Part shown: in pieces, positions 24,704 through 32,246 of the stretch | How the letters are laid out: each line of letters begins with the position of its first letter | Numbering within the stretch: position 1 is the first letter of the stretch | NCBI GenBank assembly: GCA_026991065.1 | Contig: JALXCG010000886.1 | Span: 1-32,246 of the forward strand | Length of the DNA stretch: 32,246 nt | Source of the DNA: Gemmatimonadota bacterium | GTDB lineage: Bacteria; GCA-2686955 | Direction: 5' to 3' | Translations under genes and position numbers: made by a program | Notes under the pieces: generated by a model | What the model was told of the DNA's origin: nothing | The model's database searches: none | The model's input: the letters and a program-made list of their open reading frames with translations, nothing else

Positions 24704-26068
24704 TCAGTGATTCACCAGGCCGAAAAGGATCGTAGCCAAACTGAAATAGAGCAGAATGCCAAGCACATCGTTGGCCGTCGTGATGAATGGACCGGTGGCC
24801 ACGGCCGGGTCGATACCGATGCGATCGAGAAGCAGCGGAAGGCTGGAGCCGATCACGGACGCGGAGCAACCAACCCCCAACATGGCCAAACCAACAACAA
24901 GCCCCATGCCGAGATCGTGAAACCACAAGAACGCAACCGACGCGGCCAGCGTCCCACACACCAAGCCAATGGTCATGCCGACTCGCAGTTCCCGCAAGAT
25001 CGGCCTCCATACGCCGGAATAGGAGAGATCGCCCGTCGTCATCGCACGAATGACGATGGTCGACGACTGAATCCCGATGTTGCCCCCGAGTGCCGCCACC
25101 GCCGGCACAAAGAACGCCAGCCCCAGGGCGAGTTTCAGTATGCCCGAAAACATCGACATGAAGTACCCGGATGTGAGCCCGCCGGCCAGCCCCACGATGA
25201 CCCACGGCAGACGCACTTGGGCGATGCGCAAAGCGGAACGCTCCGCTACCTCGCGACTGCTCGATCCGGCCATGCGAAGAATGTCCTCCGTGGCCTCGTC
25301 GGAGATCACATCAATCACATCGTCGAAAGTGACGCGCCCCACCAAGCGCCCGTCCGCATCCACCACCGGCAACGCAACCAGGTTGTAGCGAGCCATCAAT
25401 TGCGCCACCTCTTCCTGGTCCAGATCCACGTTGCAAGAGACCAGGGGTGCCTGAATCAAAGCCGACACCGGCGCATGCTTGGCGGCCGTCACCAGACGAT
25501 GCAGGGGCAAGCGCCCCACCAAGCGGCCTTCCTTGTCGATCACATAGACCACAAAGACATCGTCGTGCGGAGTCTGCAATCCACGCAATTGCCGGATCGC
25601 GTCCTCGGCGGTTGCGTCGAATGGAACCGTGACCACCTCCGGGGTCATGATGCCGCCGGCTGTGTCTTCGCCATAGTCCAGAAGCTTGGTGACGAGCTGC
25701 TTCTCCGGCTCGTCCAGATCTTCGAGCACCGCCCCGCGCTGGGTTTCGGAAAGAGCGCCGATCACATCCGCGGCGTCGTCCGCGGCCATGGTTTCTACCG
25801 CTTCGCTGATGCTCTCCGTGCTCATCTCTTCGAGCACATCTTCCATCGCCTGGTCGGAAAGCTCAGCCAGGGCATCTCCCGCCTCCTGCCCCTTGAGCGC
25901 ACTGAGGATTTGCGATCCATCCTCGGGAGAAACCGATTCGATCAGATCCGCAACATCTTCGGCATGCAAGGAAGCCAGCAGGGCGCGAAGCGCCGCAGGA
26001 TCACCTTGATCGAGAGCGTGACGGATTGCATCACGGGAGGGGGCGGGCGAGGGGGTCGTGCTGTCCAT
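24704..26068 (-). CDS. mgtE: Magnesium transporter MgtE
   Basis: 454 aa. It has the N-domain (LHAEDVADLIESV), tandem CBS domains (VYVIDKEGRLVGRLPL, LPVVDADGRLVGRVTFDDVIDV) and a 5-TM C-terminal domain with IQSSTIVIRAM and PFITTANDVLGILLYF. Confidence 0.95.
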   Translation of the reverse strand: MDSTTPSPAPSRDAIRHALDQGDPAALRALLASLHAEDVADLIESVSPEDGSQILSALKGQEAGDALAELSDQAMEDVLEEMSTESISEAVETMAADDAADVIGALSETQRGAVLEDLDEPEKQLVTKLLDYGEDTAGGIMTPEVVTVPFDATAEDAIRQLRGLQTPHDDVFVVYVIDKEGRLVGRLPLHRLVTAAKHAPVSALIQAPLVSCNVDLDQEEVAQLMARYNLVALPVVDADGRLVGRVTFDDVIDVISDEATEDILRMAGSSSREVAERSALRIAQVRLPWVIVGLAGGLTSGYFMSMFSGILKLALGLAFFVPAVAALGGNIGIQSSTIVIRAMTTGDLSYSGVWRPILRELRVGMTIGLVCGTLAASVAFLWFHDLGMGLVVGLAMLGVGCSASVIGSSLPLLLDRIGIDPAVATGPFITTANDVLGILLYFSLATILFGLVNH

Positions 26069-26100
26069 CCGCCCAGCTTAGCGCACCCGGGACTCGGTAC

Positions 26101-27366
26101 TCAGCTGTTCATCGCCGCGGGACGCTCAATCCGCAGAAGTTGAACCGAGCGCTCATTCGATTTCGCGACCGTGATGCGCACATCCGCAACCGCCAGCGTT
26201 TCCCCTTTAATCGGAATGCGCCCCAACGAATCGATCACATAGCCAGCCAATGTCTCGTAATCGCCATCCGGCAGGATTAGGCCGATATGCTCTTCGAGAG
26301 CATCCACATCAATTTGCCCGTTGGCCATCCAAACGCCTTTGCCGACCGGGCGCAAGAGATCATCGGGAACATCGTGCTCATCGCGGATGTCGCCGACCAG
26401 CAACTCAAGAAGATCTTCCAGGGTCACAATCCCCTCGGTGCCTCCGTGCTCATCCAGCACAACCGCCAGGTGCTCGCGCCGTGCCCGAAGCTCCTCAAGC
26501 AGCTGCGCAGCCTTTTTTTGCTCGGGGACAAAAGGAACACTGCGCAGGTTCTCGCGGAGCCGAATCGGCCCCTTGCGCGACGCCAAAAGCAGATCCGACG
26601 CATGAACGACGCCGATGATATGGTCGATATCGCCCTGGTAGACCGGCAGACGCGAAAAGCGCCCGCTCGACAGCACATCCAGAATCTCCTCTTCACTGAC
26701 GTCGATGTCTATCCCCACGACCCGGGTGCGAGGCGTCAGAGCCTCTTTCACCGTGGTCTGACGAAACTCCAGAATGCCGGAGATGATCTTCTCCTCTTCA
26801 TCAACGGCCCCGGTGTCATCTTGTGGGCTGAGCAGATCCACCACATCTTCCCGGCGCAGGGTCGGCCGTGACATCTTGGTAGGCAGGCGCAACAGCTTGC
26901 GCACGCCCCGCGAAAGCAGTTCCACCACCCACGCCACTGGATGCAACGCCCAGTGCGCCACGCGCAACGGTCCGATGGTCCAGAGAGATGTGCGATTCGG
27001 ATAGTGGCTGGCGATCGACTTGGGAATGATCTCCGCGAAGATCAAAAGCGCCGGCGTCACCACCGCAACATCGATCAGGTGCACCATTGCTTCCGCATTG
27101 CTCTGTTCGCCCAGATTGCGTTCAAGCAGATAGGCCGCCAATGCCGTGACCGCGACAATCGCGATGTTGTTGCCGACCAGAGTCGTGGTCAGGAAGCTCT
27201 GCGGATCTTCGGTATAGGTCTCAATCGCTCTCGCCAAACGTGCGCGCCGCCCCTTGCCCTCGGCCCAGGCGCGGATGCGCAATCGATTGTGACTGGTAAA
27301 CGCGGTTTCCGCACCGGAGAAAAAGAAGGCCGCGGCAAACGCAAAGGCGATCAGCAGGATAATCAT
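26101..27366 (-). CDS. CNNM/CorB-family (DUF21-CBS-CorC_HlyC) 'hemolysin family' protein, copy 2
   Basis: 421 aa. It has a DUF21 TM domain (FFFSGAETAFTS, FAEIIPKSIA), a CBS pair (LPVYQGDIDHIIGVVHASDLL, AVVLDEHGGTEGIVTLEDLLELLVGDIRDEHD) and a CorC_HlyC C-terminal domain. The ATG 27366 overlaps the upstream stop (ATGA). Confidence 0.9.
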   Translation of the reverse strand: MIILLIAFAFAAAFFFSGAETAFTSHNRLRIRAWAEGKGRRARLARAIETYTEDPQSFLTTTLVGNNIAIVAVTALAAYLLERNLGEQSNAEAMVHLIDVAVVTPALLIFAEIIPKSIASHYPNRTSLWTIGPLRVAHWALHPVAWVVELLSRGVRKLLRLPTKMSRPTLRREDVVDLLSPQDDTGAVDEEEKIISGILEFRQTTVKEALTPRTRVVGIDIDVSEEEILDVLSSGRFSRLPVYQGDIDHIIGVVHASDLLLASRKGPIRLRENLRSVPFVPEQKKAAQLLEELRARREHLAVVLDEHGGTEGIVTLEDLLELLVGDIRDEHDVPDDLLRPVGKGVWMANGQIDVDALEEHIGLILPDGDYETLAGYVIDSLGRIPIKGETLAVADVRITVAKSNERSVQLLRIERPAAMNS

Positions 27367-28724
27367 GCTCCCTCTCCCTCGGCGGGAATGGCCCCTTTCA
27401 CTTCTGCCGCCTCCACCTCTTTGGCCATCTTCGTGGCCCCATCCGCGGCGGAAGGCAATGGATGGTCCTCCGGTAGAACAATTCGCACGCGGCGAATCCG
27501 ATTGCGCACCACTCGCTCGACCGTAAGAGTCAGCCCGCGCACCGTAATCGTTCGGCCCACCCGCGGAATCTCACCGATCTGATCAAGGATCAATCCCCCG
27601 AGCGTGTTGTACCCATCACCCTCCAGATCCACGCCGACCAACTCCGAGAGATCATCCACATTCATTCGCCCGTCCCCAATGATGGTCCGCGAATTGACCA
27701 CCTCGTGAAGAACCTCCTCGCGGTCGTGCTCATCCCATATCTCACCAACCAACTCCTCGAGAATGTCTTCAAGAGTCACGATGCCGGAGGTGCCCCCATA
27801 CTCATCCACAACCACCGCCATCTGCGTATTTCGCTTGCGCAAGGACTCCAGCAGATCGAGAACATTCATCGCCTCGGGCACAAAATATGCGCGGCGCACC
27901 ATGCGCTCCAGCCTGAACTCCTCTTCGCGGTGAATGAAGCGCAGCAGATCCTTCGCATGAACAACACCGATCACTTGATCGATCGATTCGCGATAAACCG
28001 GCATCCGCGAGAAGCGTGTCGCCGCCAACAGATCGAGCAGTTCCGCGTGCCCGGTCGAGACCTCGACCGCGGTTACGTCGAGCCGCGGAACCATAATCTC
28101 GCGCACCAGCGTGCTGGTCAGCTCAACCGCGGAATCCAGGAGTTTCCGCTCCCCGGCATCGATCAACCCCTCCTCGTCACTGAGGCGCAGAACCGTGCGC
28201 TTCTCTTCCGTCGAAGCCGACGTAGCCGCGGGCGCCAACTCACCGAAACGGGTCAAATGATAGAGAACACTGATGAGCGGGGCGGTAAAACGAAAGAAGA
28301 TCCGAACGGCCGGCACAGTGACCGACGCGAAGCGACCGGCGTTGGCCAGGGCAACCGACTTCGGCGTGACTTCGCCCAAAACCAGAAGAACCAACGGCAT
28401 CAAGACAACCGTCGCGGCAACCGCCACCCACGAGGGAAAATCGTAGAGGTCGCAGACCCGCAGGGCCAAGCCGACGGCCACCGAAGAGGCCGCGACATTC
28501 ACCAGGGTATTGCCGAGCAAAACGCCCACAAGAAAGCGCCGGGGATCGGCAACCAGCGAGCGGATGGCCGCACTCCGCTTGCTTCCGCCGGCCTCCTCCT
28601 CGTCATCCACGCCCATGGCCGAGAGTGTCATCAAGGCGGTTTCTGTTCCGCTGAAAACAGCGCTCAGTAGCAGCAGAACCACGATGCTAAAAAAACTCAG
28701 AAGCAGAGAGGCTCCGGTGCTCAA
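27363..28724 (-). CDS. CNNM/CorB-family (DUF21-CBS-CorC_HlyC) 'hemolysin family' protein, copy 1
   Basis: 453 aa with the same architecture as copy 2 (LSAVFSGTETALMT, GEVTPKSVA, MPVYRESIDQVIGVVHAKDLL, AVVVDEYGGTSGIVTLEDILEELVGEIWDEHD). It has a C-terminal extension. The TTG start at 28724 overlaps the ybeY TGA (TTGA). Confidence 0.9.
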   Translation of the reverse strand: MSTGASLLLSFFSIVVLLLLSAVFSGTETALMTLSAMGVDDEEEAGGSKRSAAIRSLVADPRRFLVGVLLGNTLVNVAASSVAVGLALRVCDLYDFPSWVAVAATVVLMPLVLLVLGEVTPKSVALANAGRFASVTVPAVRIFFRFTAPLISVLYHLTRFGELAPAATSASTEEKRTVLRLSDEEGLIDAGERKLLDSAVELTSTLVREIMVPRLDVTAVEVSTGHAELLDLLAATRFSRMPVYRESIDQVIGVVHAKDLLRFIHREEEFRLERMVRRAYFVPEAMNVLDLLESLRKRNTQMAVVVDEYGGTSGIVTLEDILEELVGEIWDEHDREEVLHEVVNSRTIIGDGRMNVDDLSELVGVDLEGDGYNTLGGLILDQIGEIPRVGRTITVRGLTLTVERVVRNRIRRVRIVLPEDHPLPSAADGATKMAKEVEAAEVKGAIPAEGEGA

Positions 28725-29248
28725 GATCGCCTCTCCCCGCTCGGCCGGGCTGCGCGCCCGCGCTCGGCGCCCTCCCCCGGCTCATCCTGGTGAAGCGCCC
28801 ACCAGCGCCGCCAATACTGCTCCTCCAAGGGCTTCATCCGGGCGGCATCCTCGGCTTCGATGTGATCGAATCCCAGCAGATGGAGCGCACCGTGAATCAC
28901 CAGCCGGGCCACCTCCTCGGCGAGCGAAGCGCCATAGCGCTCCGCCTGTTCCCGCGCCCGCTGGAGAGAGATGTAGACCTCGCCGATGGGTGCCGCGGCG
29001 CGACACGCGTCGCCCACCGCCACACTCGCATCATCGAGCGGGAAAGAGATCACATCGGTCGCCCCCGCGCGCCCCCGAAACCGCTGGTTCAAATCGGCCA
29101 GCAGCTCGTCGTCCGCCAGGATCACGTCGATGCTTCGCTCCGGCGCCACCTCCCTGCCGCGCCGAACTTCCTCCAAAGCTGCCGCCGCAACCGCCTCCAA
29201 TCCCGGGGTGGCGAGGGTCCCAGCGGCGGCGGAGAGATGGACACTCAT
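28721..29248 (-). CDS. ybeY: rRNA maturation RNase YbeY
   Basis: 175 aa. It has the zinc-binding motif HGALHLLGFDH and the upstream ATDVISFP. The ATG 29248 overlaps the stop of the HD protein (ATGA). Confidence 0.93.
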   Translation of the reverse strand: MSVHLSAAAGTLATPGLEAVAAAALEEVRRGREVAPERSIDVILADDELLADLNQRFRGRAGATDVISFPLDDASVAVGDACRAAAPIGEVYISLQRAREQAERYGASLAEEVARLVIHGALHLLGFDHIEAEDAARMKPLEEQYWRRWWALHQDEPGEGAERGRAARPSGERRS

Positions 29249-31557
29249 GGACGCTCCTCGGTCGCGCCGGCGGCGCCGCTGGGACCGGCGGCATTGCCGC
29301 CCCCGGATGGCGCCCGGCCGGATCTTGTCGTGGGCTCCTCGTCGCGCCCGTTGCGGGCCTTCTTCGACTGCGCCTTGTCCATCTCTCGAATCGTCTCCTC
29401 ATCCGTTTCCGGATACTTGATGCGCACGTGGAAAGCACCGATCAGAATCGGCAAGAACGCCTGGCCAATGCGCCGCAGATCATCCAAAGTCAGGTTGGAC
29501 TGGTCCAGCTGTCCATTGGCGAACTTCTCCCGAATGGTTCGCTGCACCATCTGCTCCAGACGCAACGGCGTTGGGTCATCAAGAGAGCGAGATGCAGCCT
29601 CGACCGTATCAGCGATCATGACAATCGCGGTTTCCCTGCGCGACGGCTTGGGACCCGGATAACGGTAGTCATCCATTCGCACTTCGCCGTGCTTCTCGCT
29701 GGTCATCGCTTTGTTGTAGAAAAACGAGATTACGCTGGTCCCGTGGTGCTCCGGAATGAAGTCGATAATCACCTGGGGCAGCTTGTGTTCCCGGGCCATC
29801 TCGATGCCGACCTTCACGTGATTCTGGATCACCAGCGCCGACATCGATGGTGAAAGCTGATCGTGTTTGTTCCCGTTGCCCATCTGATTCTCAATGAAAT
29901 ACTCGGGCTTCGCCATCTTGCCCACATCGTGGAAATAGGCACCGACACGTGTCATCAGCGCATTCGCCCCAATCGCCGCGGCAGCCGCCTCGGAGAGACT
30001 CGCCACCTGAATCGAGTGGTGAAACGAGCCCGGCGCCCGCACCGCCAACTGGCGCAACAGAGGGTGGTTCAAGTCCGCGTATTCACTCAGCGTCAGATCG
30101 GTGGTCAAGCCAAACAGGCGCTCCAGCGCCGGCAGCAGAAAGAGTGCAACCAGAAACGAGATCACCACCGACACCGTCATCGTCAACAGTCGCTCAAAAG
30201 AGCGATGAAACGCCACCCCATACGCCTGATCGACCAGCAAAACCGTCACAATTCCGATGGCCGCGACAATGATGATGGAGCCGAAATAGGACGCCCGCCG
30301 GCGGATGTTGTTTACCGCGTATATCGTGGCCAGCGAGACCATCAGACCGACCAACGCAAAAAGCGCGGGGCCTTTGCTATAGAGCGCGATTGAATAGACC
30401 GTAACCACCGCCAGGATGATCGCAACCTGCGCATCGAGCAGAATGGTTGCCAGCAGCGGCGCCAGGATCACCGGAGACAACACATCTTCGAAACGCACGG
30501 AACCGGTGATCAGGGCGGACGGAAGAGCGGAACTCAAAAGGAGCACGCCCAGCAAAACCTGCTTCTTTCCGTCGGCGGCCAGGTCGGGACGATAGCGCCA
30601 GAGATACCCCCCGATCGCCCCGCCGACCAAGAGTGTAAAAACACCGGTCGTGGCCAGAATCTCCCGCACTCGATCCCACAACGTAGCCCCCCGATGAGAG
30701 CGCAGTTGAACTTCGCGGTAGGCCACCAGTTTTTGTGCTTGCAGCGGCGTCACCACCTCGTGCGCCCGCACAATCCTCTCCCCCGCCTTGACCGTCGCGA
30801 TCAGTGCGGTCACCTGAGCCTCCGCCTCCTGCGCGCGGCGCTCCGACTCCTCCGTATCGACCACCAGATTCGGCTCGGCAATCGCGCTGACCAGAGTGCG
30901 AACCAGGCGCTGCTCCTCCGGGTCATCGGTCAGTGCCGCCACCCGCCGGCCCACTTCGTAAACCAGCGCACTGGAGCGCAGCACATCGCTCCCGGAGGTC
31001 TCCTCGCCCCCCGCCCGGCGCACCACAATGGGCCGGTCGACACTGTCGATATCGGCACTAACGATCCCCTGCTCAAAAAGCTGCGCCACAACCCGATCGA
31101 CCAGTCGCCGCAGCCGCCGAGCCCGCGGCGTGTCGCCGGAAAATGCCCGCAGATCCTTCTCTGACAGACCGAAACTCCAGCGCCCCAGAGGCTCATTGCG
31201 ACCGAGCGCATCATAGAGAGCATCCAGGACCGCCCGCCGCTCGAACTCCACGCTCTCGCGATGCACCAAAACCAGTGGCGCCGTGGCACGAGCGCGCGCC
31301 CGTGCCTCGCGCAGCGCACTGGCACTCCGCATCACCTGGAAATCCTGCGTCGCAATCACGTCGCGATCGGCGATCTCGCCGGCACTGATCACCGGACACA
31401 GATCGACGCTCTCACCACGCGGGCGCACTGCCACCAAGAGCGCCACAACCACCAGAATGGTCGCCAGCGCATGCCAAAGAGGCGAATGAGCGGAGGCCGA
31501 GTTGGCGCGCTTGTCGCTACTCGACCGCCGCACGGGTTTTGGAGGTTTTGCTCGCAT
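29245..31557 (-). CDS. 7TM-receptor HD/HDIG phosphohydrolase (PgpH/YqfF family)
   Basis: 770 aa. It has an N-terminal TM helix, a ~300-aa extracytoplasmic domain and a 7-TM block. The HD domain carries HSIQVASL...AYFHDVGK...EHHG..., as in the PgpH-type proteins that follow phoH and precede ybeY in many bacteria. The C-terminal tail is low-complexity and Gly/Ala/Pro-rich. Confidence 0.88.
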   Translation of the reverse strand: MRAKPPKPVRRSSSDKRANSASAHSPLWHALATILVVVALLVAVRPRGESVDLCPVISAGEIADRDVIATQDFQVMRSASALREARARARATAPLVLVHRESVEFERRAVLDALYDALGRNEPLGRWSFGLSEKDLRAFSGDTPRARRLRRLVDRVVAQLFEQGIVSADIDSVDRPIVVRRAGGEETSGSDVLRSSALVYEVGRRVAALTDDPEEQRLVRTLVSAIAEPNLVVDTEESERRAQEAEAQVTALIATVKAGERIVRAHEVVTPLQAQKLVAYREVQLRSHRGATLWDRVREILATTGVFTLLVGGAIGGYLWRYRPDLAADGKKQVLLGVLLLSSALPSALITGSVRFEDVLSPVILAPLLATILLDAQVAIILAVVTVYSIALYSKGPALFALVGLMVSLATIYAVNNIRRRASYFGSIIIVAAIGIVTVLLVDQAYGVAFHRSFERLLTMTVSVVISFLVALFLLPALERLFGLTTDLTLSEYADLNHPLLRQLAVRAPGSFHHSIQVASLSEAAAAAIGANALMTRVGAYFHDVGKMAKPEYFIENQMGNGNKHDQLSPSMSALVIQNHVKVGIEMAREHKLPQVIIDFIPEHHGTSVISFFYNKAMTSEKHGEVRMDDYRYPGPKPSRRETAIVMIADTVEAASRSLDDPTPLRLEQMVQRTIREKFANGQLDQSNLTLDDLRRIGQAFLPILIGAFHVRIKYPETDEETIREMDKAQSKKARNGRDEEPTTRSGRAPSGGGNAAGPSGAAGATEERP

Positions 31558-31575
31558 TGCTGGCAGGGTAGCTTC

Positions 31576-32246
31576 CTAGTCCCTCGGCTCGGACAAAGAT
31601 GAGAGATCAGCGCGGGCAGACTGCTCCGCCCGCTCATATGCGCCCAGAATATGCCGAACCAGTGCATGCCGCACAACATCGGCGTCGCTGAATTCGACAA
31701 TCCCAATCTCGGCGATCGACGCCAGAATCGCCCGTGCGTGAATCAACCCCGAGCGGCTGCGATCCGGCAGATCCACCTGGGTCATATCCCCCGTGATGAT
31801 CGCCTTGGAACCATTGCCAAGACGCGTCAGGAACATCTTGATCTGCAAACGAGTTGCATTCTGCCCTTCATCAAGAATCACAAAACTGCGATTGAGTGTG
31901 CGCCCCCGCATATACGCCAGGGGAACCACCTCGATGGTACCGTTTTCCATGAGCTTGCGCACGCGCTCCATCGGCATCATATCGCCCAAAGCATCATAGA
32001 GCGGCCGCAGATAGGGATCGACCTTCTCCTGCATGTCGCCGGGCAGAAATCCCAGCGACTCACCGGCTTCCACCGCCGGTCGGGTCAAGACAATGCGCTC
32101 GACCTCCCGGCGCGTCAGTGCCTCCACCGCGCAAGCCACCGCCAGATACGTCTTACCGGTGCCCGCCGGCCCCACCCCAAGAACCACATCGTGGGTGCGG
32201 ATCGCATTTACATACTGCTGTTGCATCACCGTTTTCGGCACAACAC
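31576..32246 (-). CDS. phoH: PhoH-like ATPase (PhoH/YbeZ), 5' end beyond window
   Basis: It has Walker [14 protein letters not shown], Walker [21 protein letters not shown] and the C-terminal [11 protein letters not shown]. The reading frame stays open to the right window edge, and the usual ~100 N-terminal residues are missing. Confidence 0.93.
   Translation of the reverse strand, partial: VVPKTVMQQQYVNAIRTHDVVLGVGPAGTGKTYLAVACAVEALTRREVERIVLTRPAVEAGESLGFLPGDMQEKVDPYLRPLYDALGDMMPMERVRKLMENGTIEVVPLAYMRGRTLNRSFVILDEGQNATRLQIKMFLTRLGNGSKAIITGDMTQVDLPDRSRSGLIHARAILASIAEIGIVEFSDADVVRHALVRHILGAYERAEQSARADLSSLSEPRD

Noticed and set aside
26069-26100. Possible M-box (Mg2+) riboswitch upstream of mgtE
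   Set aside because: The gap between the upstream stop and the mgtE ATG is only 32 nt, far too short for the ~160-nt M-box. No such structure is evident by eye elsewhere in the operon.
24536-26143. 535-aa plus-strand ORF spanning all of mgtE on the opposite strand
   Set aside because: The translation is extremely Arg/His/Gln/Pro-rich with no recognisable motifs. It exactly shadows a well-supported, motif-rich minus-strand gene. Long stop-free antisense frames are expected in GC-rich coding DNA.
27705-29853. Plus-strand ORFs 27705..28670 (321 aa), 28510..29853 (447 aa) and 28790..29662 (290 aa), antisense to corB/ybeY/HD genes
   Set aside because: Their composition is low-complexity and Arg/Pro/Ala-rich. 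They overlap one another in different frames, and each is antisense to a gene with clear family motifs.

Overview
This is a visibly GC-rich bacterial chromosomal segment with compact, operon-style packing. I call 25 CDS and 5 tRNA genes; 24 CDS and all 5 tRNAs are on the minus strand. Most of it is core housekeeping. In minus-strand transcription order: (i) phoH(partial)-7TM/HD phosphohydrolase-ybeY-two CNNM/CorB-type genes-mgtE-recO-large secreted protein; (ii) a lone plus-strand DUF72 gene, convergent with (i); (iii) a Pmp-like parallel beta-helix secreted protein; (iv) tRNA-Leu, then tig-clpP-clpX-engB-cysteine desulfurase-mnmA-peptidase MA; (v) tRNA-Ser(UGA), tRNA-Ser(GCU), tRNA-Gln, tRNA-Glu; (vi) lipoprotein plus five-bladed propeller protein; (vii) divergent deacetylase-pdxJ-secD-secF-small secreted protein; (viii) a long membrane sensor-like ORF that runs off the left edge and is absent from the supplied ORF track. 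Two secreted proteins end in an 'NPFNP...FlgD-Ig-like' tail, a type I associate with FCB-type or candidate-phylum lineages; that lineage hint is inference only. I found no CRISPR array, transposase, integrase, reverse transcriptase, toxin-antitoxin pair or recognisable defence module, and I do not see a convincing brand-new system. The most unusual items are: the accessory secreted proteins (one with a NIDO-like module, one propeller flanked by two FlgD-like modules); Mg2+ exporter and importer genes embedded in the conserved phoH...recO block; a full-consensus promoter that overlaps an apparent start codon; and the untracked ORF at the left edge. Gene starts are often ambiguous because the ORF track reports the longest ORF, including GTG/TTG starts.
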